Of a DNA stretch of 46,250 bases, positions 1-8,789 are shown piece by piece. Source of the DNA: a virus (taxonomy: Duplodnaviria; Heunggongvirae; Uroviricota; Caudoviricetes). The stretch is from IMG/VR virus record IMGVR_UViG_2718218453_000004; one strand, 5' to 3'. Numbering within the stretch: the stretch's first letter is position 1; each line of letters opens with the position of its first letter. The position numbers were made by a program, and so were the translations under genes. The notes under the pieces were generated by a model. It had not been told where the DNA came from, searched no databases, and was given only the letters and a program-made list of their open reading frames with translations.

Positions 1-19
1 CTATTTGATAAATATTAAA

Positions 20-1315
20 TTAATTTTTCATTGCTTCGTTATGGGGCATGGTTGGGGCAAACTCGCTTAACTGTGTATTTAACAAAGCTACCTGTGCATT
101 ATTGTTTTCAGACATCCATTTTCCGTATACCTGAAATACCATTTGCGCATCTGCATGGCCCATCTGGTTTGCTATAAATGCCGGGTTAGCACCAGCTGTC
201 AGCGACCAGCAGGCATAAGTATGTCTCGACTGATATGATTTTCGATGGCGGAGTCCGGCACGTTTTATCGCTGCGTCCCACATCTGCCTTATTGAGTCAA
301 CGGTAAAATGGTCACCATAATTTTTTACTCTCGCTGACACTTCAGGTTGAAAAACAAAGGTGCATTTTTGTTTTTCTGTTCTGCCATACTCTCTGAGGTG
401 AACATCAATGATATGCTCTTTGCTCAGTCTCGTTAATGTCATCTGACTCCGGAGAGCGTCGATTGCTGGCTTAATAAGATGAATGACCCGATTGGTTCCC
501 GCCTGTGTTTTTGGTACCGTGAAACGGTCTTTTGCTAAATTTCTCCTGATCATCATTGTTCCATTTTTCAGATCTATGTCCTCCCATCCAAGTGCACACA
601 GCTCACCAGGGCGAACGCCAGTATAAACAGAAACACACCATAAATTTTTTGCTTGCTGATTTCTGCACGCATCGATAAGACGGATAAATTCTTCCCGCGA
701 AAGAGGATCCGGAATGGTTCTTGATTCCTTTAATGGCGAGATCCCCTTAAACGGATTATCTGCCAGGTAACCGTTATCAACACCAAACTGGAACACGGCG
801 TTAAGATTTGTCATGTAATTATTTACAGTTACAGCCGATCTCCCTGGTTGTGTAACAATATAGTTACTTTTGGGGATCTGGTATCCAGTCAGTAACTCTT
901 TACGAACCTCCAGTAATTTTTCTTTATTAATCGATGAGGCAAGATTTTTTTCACCGATTATGCTCAGGATATTTTTGATGACGGCACGGTATGTGTTGAG
1001 TGATGTTTTGGCGACTTCAGTTTCTTTCAGTGCCAGAAATTTTTCAGCCAGTTCTTTTATGGTTAAATCTTGTCGGGCCTCACCAAATTTTTCCAGATTG
1101 CGTGAGGAGGGAAACTGTTTTGCATAGTCGAAAACACCAGTTTTTATTGCGTAACAAACAGAGGAGCGTAGTTCACCTGCAACGCGCCTGTTTTTTGCTG
1201 TGTCAGGAACCCCCAGATTTTCCCTGACTCTTACGCCTTTATAAACAAACCAGATACGTAATTTCCCTCCATGGTTTTCCACGCCTGTCGGATATTTCAT
1301 TTCAACTTCTCTCAT
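20..1315 (-). CDS. int: Tyrosine site-specific integrase
   Basis: 431-aa ORF with a C-terminal catalytic region (HTYACW...GHADAQMVFQVYGKW) typical of lambda-family integrases, at the prophage end next to xis. Confidence 0.9.
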   Translation of the reverse strand: MREVEMKYPTGVENHGGKLRIWFVYKGVRVRENLGVPDTAKNRRVAGELRSSVCYAIKTGVFDYAKQFPSSRNLEKFGEARQDLTIKELAEKFLALKETEVAKTSLNTYRAVIKNILSIIGEKNLASSINKEKLLEVRKELLTGYQIPKSNYIVTQPGRSAVTVNNYMTNLNAVFQFGVDNGYLADNPFKGISPLKESRTIPDPLSREEFIRLIDACRNQQAKNLWCVSVYTGVRPGELCALGWEDIDLKNGTMMIRRNLAKDRFTVPKTQAGTNRVIHLIKPAIDALRSQMTLTRLSKEHIIDVHLREYGRTEKQKCTFVFQPEVSARVKNYGDHFTVDSIRQMWDAAIKRAGLRHRKSYQSRHTYACWSLTAGANPAFIANQMGHADAQMVFQVYGKWMSENNNAQVALLNTQLSEFAPTMPHNEAMKN

Positions 1316-1334
1316 TAGTTAGTGTGGCTTTTAG

Positions 1335-1586
1335 TCAAGTAAGATGACGTCTTGGTCTCGCTGATGCCTGGCGCTCAATCCAGCGATCAATTTCTTCCAG
1401 GTTGTAAAAGCATGGACTGTTATCCCATGGCATACCGTCATGAGCGACATGCTTATATTCCCTTCCTTCCATAAACGATTTTTCCCGGGCCTTTTTTAAC
1501 GTACCTTTTTTTATTCCTTTCAGCGCAATTAACTGCTCTTCGGATACCCATTTGCCGGGAGAGACAATCATGATTACTTCGCTCAT
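1335..1586 (-). CDS. xis: Excisionase-like protein
   Basis: 83-aa basic protein immediately upstream of int on the same strand, the classical xis position. Confidence 0.7.
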   Translation of the reverse strand: MSEVIMIVSPGKWVSEEQLIALKGIKKGTLKKAREKSFMEGREYKHVAHDGMPWDNSPCFYNLEEIDRWIERQASARPRRHLT

Positions 1587-1658
1587 CGATTTCTTTATCT
1601 CTTACATCAGACGAGCGCCGGTTGCAGAATACCAGTCACAACCGGCGACAGTTGAACA

Positions 1659-2492
1659 TTAAGAATCAGCCTGACTCGGGATCAGTTTTTGCCAGATAAC
1701 TGAAACGTATTTTGCCTGGTAACGGGCGTCATCAAGTGCATTATGGCGCTCACCTTCGAATGGAATAGCCGTTCTGGCATCGAAGTCTATGGCTTTCCCC
1801 AGCTCAACGATTGTGCGTACATCGCGATCGTTGTAGTAACGCCACGGGCAGGGGATCCCCTGCCGTTCGTATGAACGGCGCAAAATCGTGTTGTCGAAGT
1901 TGGCTCCATTTCCCCAAACCTGAACAAAAAATTCACCGGAGTTTTCGTCGATAAATTCCCGCAATTGTAACAGTGCATCATCTAACGGGATTTCATCGGT
2001 CATAATGGCAGATTGCGCTTCGCGTGATTGCTTAAGCCACCATTTAATGGTGTCCCGATCAATGACTCCGCCAGCAGTTTCCAGATCGATAGTCTTACTA
2101 AATTCCGGTCCCATATCTCCGGTTTGCGGATCGAAAAATATTGCACCTATTGAGATGATCGGGGCATCAGGATTTTTTCCCATGGTTTCAAGGTCGATCA
2201 TTAGATGGTCACACGCCCTGCTGGTGGATGTGATTTCGTGATGACCGTTCACCTTAATTGGGTGATCTGCCGTCTCGCCAGTTTCATTATCGCTATTGTG
2301 ATGCTGATTGCCGCCAGTGTTCTCCTTGTGTGGATGTTCAGCGCCTTGCATTTCCTCCGGATCATCTTCCTGAACTTCAACCTGATACTCTTCATCGAAT
2401 GTTTCCTGGTATGTTGCGTCGCCCATCACCGCGCCACAATCAGGGCAGTTGCCGCCGCCGGTCTGACCGCAGGCGGTGCAGACTTTTTCCAC
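1659..2492 (-). CDS. 3'-5' exonuclease (DEDDh/DnaQ-like) with N-terminal zinc ribbon
   Basis: N-terminal CxxC...CPDC, acidic linker, then exonuclease motifs DLETMG (Exo I) and HNALDDA (Exo III, DEDDh type). Confidence 0.75.
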   Translation of the reverse strand: MEKVCTACGQTGGGNCPDCGAVMGDATYQETFDEEYQVEVQEDDPEEMQGAEHPHKENTGGNQHHNSDNETGETADHPIKVNGHHEITSTSRACDHLMIDLETMGKNPDAPIISIGAIFFDPQTGDMGPEFSKTIDLETAGGVIDRDTIKWWLKQSREAQSAIMTDEIPLDDALLQLREFIDENSGEFFVQVWGNGANFDNTILRRSYERQGIPCPWRYYNDRDVRTIVELGKAIDFDARTAIPFEGERHNALDDARYQAKYVSVIWQKLIPSQADS

Positions 2493-2503
2493 TTCCTGTT
2501 GCG

Positions 2504-4093
2504 CTACTGGTTCAGGCTGTTTTGTTCCGCTTTTTGGTAGTTCCGTTCCGATTCATGCTGGTTCTGGTTCACAGAATCGCGGGTCTGGATCCCCTTAACC
2601 CATTTCGGATCATTCGGGTCACTAATCCCTTCAACAAATTCACCACGTGATGCAGCAAGCAACTTATCAGCGTCAGGCTGGCTGATATTGGCTGCCTGCA
2701 TAATTTTGTTTACTTCGTCAGCGGTAACTTTTATCGGCTCTGGTTGTTCTGAATCTTCAGCGGTATCTACATTTTGCGGTAAGCCCGTGTATGTGCCATT
2801 TTTTCGGGCAAAATATTCTTCTTTTGTGATTTCAGTGGCGCCAGCAGCCAGTGCCTTATCCAGACCAGAAAGTTTGTTTGCGCGACCGTATTTTTCTCCG
2901 TCCTTATCTGCGAAGAGGAAATAGAACGGCCCCTCACGCTCTACAGATGGTTCAGCTTCCGGCGCGGTTTCATTTTTTGGGATATCAGATACCTCAGTTT
3001 CCACTGCATCAGTTTGTGTTTCTGATGACTGGAGAACATCAACAGTGCCCAGGTCTGTTTCTTCATTCTCAAACACGCCCTTTGTCGTCAGGTATTCGCA
3101 GATATATTTGTTCAGTGCTACGGGATCTTTGTGAATGTCGATCGGACGCTCACGGACAAGGCCAAAAATAGTCTGGCGGTCGTAGCGAAGGGCATCAGGC
3201 TGTTTGCGCATTGATGCCGAGATACGCTTCCAGTCTTCGCGGTCGTTGTCGATAACTTCTTTTTTTGCCCAGCGATGGATGCTGCCGTCAATGTTTCCGG
3301 CATCCACATCACCAGGCCAGAGAGCGTAGGCCAGTTCGTCATCCAGTGTTTTCCATGTCTGCTTGTATTCGCGATGAATGGCAGCAATGACCGGGCTGAT
3401 TTTTCCTGTTGAATTTTCAGTGTACTGTTGATTGGCTCTGGCGCGTGCGAGATCAACAACAGACGTGTATTTTCCGGTTTCCTTGCGTTCACCTTCGCGA
3501 CGTTTTTTCCAGATGCGCATCTCTGCCTGAATTTCGGGCCATTTAGCACCAGGAATACATTTATGCTTAACCCACCCAATGGCGTGCAACTTAAGCTCCG
3601 GATACATGGCGTTAACTTCTGGCATTTTCATCAACGCTTCAACGATATGTCCGTCGAATGTTGCCATGTCTTCCTGCAACAATTCCTGTGCGCTAATAAC
3701 CATATCAACGGTGATGTTTTCACATGTGTCGAACTTAACCATGACAGCGTTCTGTACTTCAGGGGCCAGCTTGTCAAAAGTGACGTTCATCGGATCGGAT
3801 TCAGTCTCATTCGGGACAAAAGAAGCAGACTCCTCATCCCAGCGGTTTTCCTGCATATATTCAGCATCCCATGAATCGAGGGCAGGGCGGGGTATGCCAG
3901 GTTTATCCTCGCAGACAATAAATTTATAAGCGCAGTCCTGAGCAGCCGGATAATGTTCCAGGAATTGCCAGTGAAATTTTGCTCGAGCACGGCGTTCGTC
4001 GCCAGCTTCAATGGCTGTGGCTACAGCCACAGCGCCTTCTTCCCTTGTTGCCAGTTCGTCAGGAATAGCGGCGCAAATAAAGACTTTACTCAT
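2504..4093 (-). CDS. Hypothetical early-left protein, 529 aa, acidic
   Basis: Long ORF in the early-left operon between the exonuclease and ydfD. No catalytic motif recognised by eye. May be the intact counterpart of truncated K-12 ydfE (unverified). Confidence 0.6.
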   Translation of the reverse strand: MSKVFICAAIPDELATREEGAVAVATAIEAGDERRARAKFHWQFLEHYPAAQDCAYKFIVCEDKPGIPRPALDSWDAEYMQENRWDEESASFVPNETESDPMNVTFDKLAPEVQNAVMVKFDTCENITVDMVISAQELLQEDMATFDGHIVEALMKMPEVNAMYPELKLHAIGWVKHKCIPGAKWPEIQAEMRIWKKRREGERKETGKYTSVVDLARARANQQYTENSTGKISPVIAAIHREYKQTWKTLDDELAYALWPGDVDAGNIDGSIHRWAKKEVIDNDREDWKRISASMRKQPDALRYDRQTIFGLVRERPIDIHKDPVALNKYICEYLTTKGVFENEETDLGTVDVLQSSETQTDAVETEVSDIPKNETAPEAEPSVEREGPFYFLFADKDGEKYGRANKLSGLDKALAAGATEITKEEYFARKNGTYTGLPQNVDTAEDSEQPEPIKVTADEVNKIMQAANISQPDADKLLAASRGEFVEGISDPNDPKWVKGIQTRDSVNQNQHESERNYQKAEQNSLNQ

Positions 4094-4186
4094 TTTGTTT
4101 TAACCTCATGACAGATTTAAGGATGAACAAATCCCTGCCATTGCTGGCATATAAGAATGAAACCGGATATTTATTACGGAACTGTT

Positions 4187-4378
4187 TTAAAGACCTGCCG
4201 AGATTTCGATATTATCCTGGTTAATAACTTTATCGACCGGGTAACAGTTACCGGGAATTTTCTGTTCGGTTGCTGCAGTCATACACTCCTGCATTGTCCT
4301 GTGAACACTGACTGCAATATCAACTGGCACTCCGGAAACAAGAAAAACTGTCAGAACAAGCGCAAATGCTGAATTCAT
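4187..4378 (-). CDS. ydfD: YdfD-like small lysis/membrane protein (about 63 aa)
   Basis: MNSAFALVLTVFLVSGVPVDIAVSVH... has a hydrophobic N-terminus and sits directly downstream of dicB as in Qin. Start taken at the internal Met of the ORF-track entry. Confidence 0.7.
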   Translation of the reverse strand: MNSAFALVLTVFLVSGVPVDIAVSVHRTMQECMTAATEQKIPGNCYPVDKVINQDNIEISAGL

Positions 4379-4563
4379 TGTGCACATCCTTTTGGCATCA
4401 GACGTAAACGAGCCAGCATTGAAACAATGCATATTTTATTTAATAGCTCCCGTTCTTGTTTTCTCTTGTTAATGGCATCTTCAGTAAATACAGGGTTACT
4501 GATAGTGACACCAATTTCAAAACAACCTTCAGACGTATTAACGTTTGGTAATAACGTTTTCAT
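4375..4563 (-). CDS. dicB: Cell-division inhibitor DicB (62 aa)
   Basis: MKTLLPNVNTSEGCFEIGVTISNPVFTEDAINKRKQERELLNKICIVSMLARLRLMPKGCAQ matches DicB as recalled. Start is the internal Met of the 97-aa ORF-track entry. Confidence 0.85.
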   Translation of the reverse strand: MKTLLPNVNTSEGCFEIGVTISNPVFTEDAINKRKQERELLNKICIVSMLARLRLMPKGCAQ

Positions 4564-4735
4564 TATCGCGTCCTCAACAATAAATTTTGTGATGCAGAGC
4601 CTGGTGCCTCCAGGTGACGTTAACCAGTTAACAATTAACGTCGGATACAGAGAATCCACCCATAACACTGTTTTTGGTTTTAACTGTTCCGCGTGCGCTT
4701 AGCCGCATTCACCGCATAACAAAATTCACTTTAAA

Positions 4736-4790
4736 AACGGCGGCAGAGCAGTCACGGAGTAAAACTGATACCGCCAAACGTCACCAGAAA
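4736..4790 (-). ncRNA. dicF: DicF small regulatory RNA
   Basis: The reverse complement reads TTTCTGGTGACGTTTGGCGGTATCAGTTTTACTCCGTGACTGCTCTGCCGCC followed by GTTTTT, matching the DicF sequence as recalled, in the expected position upstream of dicB. Confidence 0.8.
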
Positions 4791-5049
4791 ATTGATAACA
4801 GAGGGCGTTGCAGCGGGGTTGTCACTTAAGCGTATGGTCAACCTGACAACCCGGTGTCCTCAACGGGGAAGGAATAACCCCGCCATACTTACCGCCGCGC
4901 CATTTTGCGGGTTGCCACAACCGGAAGCGCACGGTCGAATTAAATTTAACGACACCGTACAGTGAGACGAACTTCGCCGTGCGCTTTCGTGTTGTGTGCC
5001 TGCTTTTAACCACGTCAGGCGAGGTGGTATCCTTAAAATCACCACAGTT

Positions 5050-5625
5050 TTAAGGATTCATTAAGCAATGTCGCAACCACCAATAAATCCGCTTAAGAAC
5101 ATGAAAATTGATTACTGGTATAAAGCGCTTACAGTTGTTGGCGCTGCGTTGTTTGTCTTTAATGGAACGTCTTTTTTTGACAGATATCCCGTTGTTCCAT
5201 TGGGTTTTTTGTCCTCCGGCATCTTTTTTATTGGTTTGGGGGAGTGGATTAATCACCCTCTCAAAGTGAGATTTATTGGCCCTGGAGTTTGGACTCGTGG
5301 ATATAATCGTTCTTCGTGCGCACTCGGTATCATCTTCGACATACTTGGTTGTTTCCTGATTGTTACAGGAGTCGTCAAGTTCTTCTGATGTAAAACCGCA
5401 AATGGGGCACGTAACGGGAATTTTGAAAAGCGTTTCTCCGGGTTCCAGAACAAAATTTTCTGCGGTCTGATTTTGCTTCTCATATTTGTGCTCCGCGTCA
5501 TTGTGAGAGCACATTCTTATTCTGAGTGCCTGTTTAAACTCACTGAAGCTGAGAGCTTCTTCGCCTTCGGCAAGGCCTTCGAAGTATTCTTCGTAAGCCT
5601 TTTCCATGATTGTGTCGAAATCCAT
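5050..5625 (-). CDS. Early-left ORF (ydfB/ydfC-like region, CxxC zinc-ribbon motif); extent uncertain
   Basis: Open frame begins at a Met just after the ydfA stop (MDFDTIMEKAYEEYFEGLAEG...PVTCPICGF...). The C-terminal half is K/R/N-rich and overlaps a forward ORF, so the true end may be shorter or the locus frameshifted. Confidence 0.4.
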   Translation of the reverse strand: MDFDTIMEKAYEEYFEGLAEGEEALSFSEFKQALRIRMCSHNDAEHKYEKQNQTAENFVLEPGETLFKIPVTCPICGFTSEELDDSCNNQETTKYVEDDTECARRTIISTSPNSRANKSHFERVINPLPQTNKKDAGGQKTQWNNGISVKKRRSIKDKQRSANNCKRFIPVINFHVLKRIYWWLRHCLMNP

Positions 5626-5626
5626 A

Positions 5627-5782
5627 TCACTCACCTGAGTTTCTTTCCAGCCAGCGACGGGCACCATTTTCGGTTTTAAACGTTTTGCTTTTGGTATACG
5701 TCATCGCGGTGAACGTGCCGTCCTGGTTGGGGAACACGCCACATACCAGAGATTCGCTGTTGCCAAGATCGATAGTATCCAT
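5627..5782 (-). CDS. ydfA: YdfA-like small protein (51 aa)
   Basis: MDTIDLGNSESLVCGVFPNQDGTFTAMTYTKSKTFKTENGARRWLERNSGE, first gene after the repressor in the leftward operon, as ydfA in Qin. Confidence 0.6.
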   Translation of the reverse strand: MDTIDLGNSESLVCGVFPNQDGTFTAMTYTKSKTFKTENGARRWLERNSGE

Positions 5783-5896
5783 GCTGACCTCATTTCCCCT
5801 TAACGCCGGGGTAGCGGAACTGTTTGCTGAGAACACCGTGCGGTGTCTTGATGGAAAGTAATTTAGAATAACCTAACATGAGAGGCAAGTGTTTTT

Positions 5897-5914
5897 TGTT
5901 AGATTAGTCTAACA
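5897..5914. promoter_or_regulatory. Putative repressor operator, OL-like (TGTTAGA-N4-TCTAACA)
   Basis: 18-bp palindrome tgttagattagtctaaca downstream of the repressor gene and upstream of the leftward operon. The same arms recur between the repressor and cro-like genes. Confidence 0.5.
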
Positions 5915-5950
5915 AAAAGAGTGGGCGCAACTAATCACTTGAAAAGAATG

Positions 5951-6358
5951 TTATTTTATTGATTTATTTTTACGCGCTTTAAGCATTTCTTCGAAGAGTT
6001 TGTTGAAGTTTTCTACTCTTGCGCGCATTTCAGACAGCAAGGCTTCCTGCTCGGAAGATGGAAGAGCATCGAATAATTCGATCAATTCTTTGTGGTTGGG
6101 AGTTAGCTCTGTTTCCACATGAAGTTCTTGTGCAGGCACTGGTGCCTTGTCTTCGTCACCAAACATTAGCCATGTAGGTGAGCACTTCAGAGCATCCGCT
6201 AAAGCAAACAATCGTTTTCCGACTGGCTGGGTTTCGTCTCTTTCCCATTGTGAAATTGTGACGTGAGCAACTCCAGCGAGGCGCGCAGCTTCTCGTTGTG
6301 TTAAGCGTAATTCTTTTCGTCGCGCCAGAACTCGCTGGCCTAGGGTTCTTGTATCCAT
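5951..6358 (-). CDS. dicA: cI/DicA-like HTH (XRE family) repressor
   Basis: 135-aa protein with an N-terminal HTH (LRLTQREAARLAGVAHVTISQWE) and a C-terminus (MRARVENFNKLFEEMLKARK) resembling DicA. Divergent from the Cro-like gene. Confidence 0.85.
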   Translation of the reverse strand: MDTRTLGQRVLARRKELRLTQREAARLAGVAHVTISQWERDETQPVGKRLFALADALKCSPTWLMFGDEDKAPVPAQELHVETELTPNHKELIELFDALPSSEQEALLSEMRARVENFNKLFEEMLKARKNKSIK

Positions 6359-6380
6359 AGTTAGGTAATTCTAATTTTTC

Positions 6381-6425
6381 TTGACTTAGATATCCCGCGC
6401 ACAATAATGTTAGAAAAGTCTAACA
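6381..6425 (+). promoter_or_regulatory. PR-like promoter (TTGACT-18-TAATGT) overlapped by operator palindrome tgttagaaaagtctaaca
   Basis: -35 TTGACT at 6381-6386, -10 TAATGT at about 6405-6410, palindrome at 6408-6425, immediately upstream of the dicC-like start. Confidence 0.5.
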
Positions 6426-6435
6426 AGAGGGGGCT

Positions 6436-6666
6436 TTGATGCTTAAAGTTGACGCAATTACTTTTTTTGGCAGCAAAACAAAGCTTGCCAATGCCGCAGG
6501 AGTGAGACTGGCAAGTGTTGCTGCTTGGGGGATACTGGTTCCTGAAGGTCGCGCGATGCGTCTACAGGAGGCATCTGGCGGGGAGCTTCTGTATGATCCC
6601 AAGGTTTATGACGAATATCGTAAGACGAAGCGGGCGGGGCGGTTGAACAATGAAAATCACTCCTGA
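6436..6666 (+). CDS. dicC: Cro-like regulator DicC (76 aa)
   Basis: MMLKVDAITFFGSKTKLANAAGVRLAS...RAMRLQEASGGELLYDPKVYDEYRKTKRAGRLNNENHS matches DicC as recalled. Confidence 0.85.
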   Translation: MMLKVDAITFFGSKTKLANAAGVRLASVAAWGILVPEGRAMRLQEASGGELLYDPKVYDEYRKTKRAGRLNNENHS

Positions 6667-7171
6667 ACAGGCTCGTGAGGCTCTGGATGCCTGGATATGT
6701 CGACCAGGAATGACACAGGAGCAGGCGACGATATTAATCACTGAAGCATTCTGGGCTTTGAAAGAGCGCCCGAACATCGATGTTCAGCGTGTCACAGATG
6801 AAGGTGGCGCGGTTGATCAGCGAGCGCTTGGCGTTAATCGAGTGAAGATATTCGAACGCTGGAAGGCTATCGACACCAGGGATAAGCGTGAAAAGTTCAC
6901 GGCGCTAGTGCCTGCAATTATGGAGGCTATCCGGATTAATGATTTCAGGTTGTATCGTGAAATTAGTGACGGAAAAAGCATCACGTACATGATCGCCGGG
7001 TTAAACAAAGAATATGGCGATGTGGTGGAGTCCGGACTGCTTTTTGCTGATCCTGCCGTAGTGGATCGTGAAACTGACGAACTTATAGAAAAAGCAATTG
7101 CTTTCAAACTTGCGTATCGACAGCAATACCAACAAAAAGCTGGATGGAATTATGAGCCTTCTTTTTGCTGA
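6650..7171 (+). CDS. Hypothetical protein in the cII position (173 aa)
   Basis: ORF overlapping the dicC stop and preceding the replication initiator. Function not recognisable by eye. Confidence 0.6.
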   Translation: MKITPEQAREALDAWICRPGMTQEQATILITEAFWALKERPNIDVQRVTDEGGAVDQRALGVNRVKIFERWKAIDTRDKREKFTALVPAIMEAIRINDFRLYREISDGKSITYMIAGLNKEYGDVVESGLLFADPAVVDRETDELIEKAIAFKLAYRQQYQQKAGWNYEPSFC

Positions 7172-8129
7172 ACGCCCACTGGTTATAAACACACAGCTTG
7201 CGATGAAGATTGGCTTAAATGAAGCCATTGTGTTGCAGCAGTTGCATTACTGGTTGAGAGATACCAATTCCGGCATGGAATGTGATGGTGTTCGCTGGAT
7301 TTACAACACAACGGAACAATGGTTGGAACAGTTCCCATTCTGGTCAGAGTCAACGTTAAAGCGCGCGTTTGCAAGTCTGAAAACGCTGGGGCTTTTGCGT
7401 TGTGAAAAGCTCAATAAATCAAAGCGCGATATGACCAATTTCTACACGATTAACTATGGGAGCGAGCTTTTAGATGATGGCAAATTGAGCGAATCCATCG
7501 GTTCAAAATGCGCCGCTCCATCAGGTCAAAATGACACGATGGAAGAGGTCAAAATGAAACGCTCCATTGGTTCAAAACGACCCAATGTCATCGGGTCAAA
7601 ATGGCCCGATGATCCTACAGAGAATACAACAGAGAATACAACAGAGATTACTACAGAGAATAAAAACACTTTTCGTCCGGAAGCTTCGCAACCGGACCCG
7701 CAGACGGCTGAACAGGATTTTTTAATCCGGCACCCTGGCGCAGTTGTGTTTAGTGCGAAAAAACGCCAGTGGGGTAGCCAGGAGGATCTGGCGTGTGCGC
7801 AGTGGATATGGGGGCGGATCGTGGGTCTCTACGAACAGGCCGCCAGTGATGATGGCGAGATCATGCGACCAAAAGAGCCTAACTGGACTGTCTGGGCCAA
7901 TGATGTGCGCACAATGCGGATGCTGGATGGCAGAAGCCACAGACAAATTTGTGAAATGTTTGGTCGGGTACAGCGGGATCCATTCTGGGTAAAAAACATC
8001 ATGAGCCCGTCAAAGCTCCGCGAAAAATGGGACGAACTGGTCATCCGCCTGGGGCGTTCACCTGTACAGCGTTGTGTTAATCATATTTCTGAACCGGATA
8101 CAGAAATTCCGCCTGGTTTCAGAGGATAA
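7152..8129 (+). CDS. Phage replication initiator / replisome organiser (O-like), iterons embedded
   Basis: N-terminal winged-helix-like region (LQQLHYWLRDTNSG...LKRAFASLKTLGLL), internal direct DNA repeats, conserved C-terminal region. ATG at 7152 chosen; the ORF is open from 7098. Confidence 0.7.
   Translation: MSLLFAERPLVINTQLAMKIGLNEAIVLQQLHYWLRDTNSGMECDGVRWIYNTTEQWLEQFPFWSESTLKRAFASLKTLGLLRCEKLNKSKRDMTNFYTINYGSELLDDGKLSESIGSKCAAPSGQNDTMEEVKMKRSIGSKRPNVIGSKWPDDPTENTTENTTEITTENKNTFRPEASQPDPQTAEQDFLIRHPGAVVFSAKKRQWGSQEDLACAQWIWGRIVGLYEQAASDDGEIMRPKEPNWTVWANDVRTMRMLDGRSHRQICEMFGRVQRDPFWVKNIMSPSKLREKWDELVIRLGRSPVQRCVNHISEPDTEIPPGFRG
7500..7664 (+). repeat. Iteron-like direct repeats inside the initiator gene (putative ori)
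   Basis: Five GGT(T)CAAAA(T/C)G copies at about 23-bp spacing (7500-7603), then four tandem 12-bp ACAGAGAATACA-like units (7617-7664), then an A-rich stretch. Confidence 0.6.
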
Positions 8130-8169
8130 GTTTTGATTTCAGGTCATGAGGTAATTTTAAGGGGGACTT

Positions 8170-8571
8170 GTGGCAAAAGTTTTTACACAAGAAGAGCGGG
8201 AAAAAATTAAAGGGCAGGTGGTGGAACTCGTGCGCCAGAGCGGTCGTGAGACGTTACGGCAACTGGAAGCTAAAACAGGTGCGACTAGATATCTGATGAG
8301 CGTTCTTGCCAGAGAGCTGGTAGCCAGTGGCGATGTATACAACTCCGGCTACGGGTTATTCCCGTCTGAACAGGCGCGTAAGGACTGGCAAAACGCCCGC
8401 AAAAAACTCTCGAGGGCAAAGGTGAAGAAAACAGCTGTGGTTGATCCGGACGTTATCTGGTCGTTACCTGATGGAGAAATACGTCGCTACGACAGTCGCC
8501 TAAACATAATCTGTCGCGAGTGCCGGATGAGTGAAGTTATGCAGCGCATACTGGCATTTTATCAGGGATAA
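8170..8571 (+). CDS. Hypothetical protein (133 aa)
   Basis: ORF following the replication gene; basic, no motif recognised. Confidence 0.55.
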   Translation: MAKVFTQEEREKIKGQVVELVRQSGRETLRQLEAKTGATRYLMSVLARELVASGDVYNSGYGLFPSEQARKDWQNARKKLSRAKVKKTAVVDPDVIWSLPDGEIRRYDSRLNIICRECRMSEVMQRILAFYQG

Positions 8572-8668
8572 TGTTAGGTATTTTAGACGTTACTAGATTA
8601 AAAAGCATTAGTTCAGGAGTGAATTGACATTCTCATTTTTCATGGCACAGGGTAGATCTGGCGTGGTT

Positions 8669-8692
8669 GTCCGCTTTGTGCCAAAAGCGGAC
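8669..8692. terminator. Hairpin between convergent genes (gtccgcttt-N6-aaagcggac)
   Basis: Perfect 9-bp inverted repeat between the rightward 133-aa gene and the leftward 595-aa gene. No clear U-tract, so terminator function is uncertain. Confidence 0.3.
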
Positions 8693-8789
8693 ATCGAATA
8701 ATTTCAGCAGCACTCAACCTTATTAACCAAATCGCCTCAACTCATATGGACATGCATCCGGAAGTGCCAACTTCGTAAACTTATTCACT

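Noticed and set aside
6156-6404. 82-aa reverse ORF overlapping the repressor gene in another frame
   Set aside because: The HTH-containing repressor frame explains the region; the alternate frame has no recognisable features.
7500-7664. Possible CRISPR array suggested by short regularly spaced direct repeats
   Set aside because: Repeats are 10-12 bp, lie inside a coding sequence and lack 25-40-bp spacers or cas genes; they are better explained as origin iterons.
8572-8789. Possible small gene or antitoxin between the 133-aa gene and the HEPN-motif gene
   Set aside because: No ORF with a start and ribosome-binding site; the region contains only a hairpin and AT-rich spacer. A non-coding antitoxin RNA cannot be excluded.
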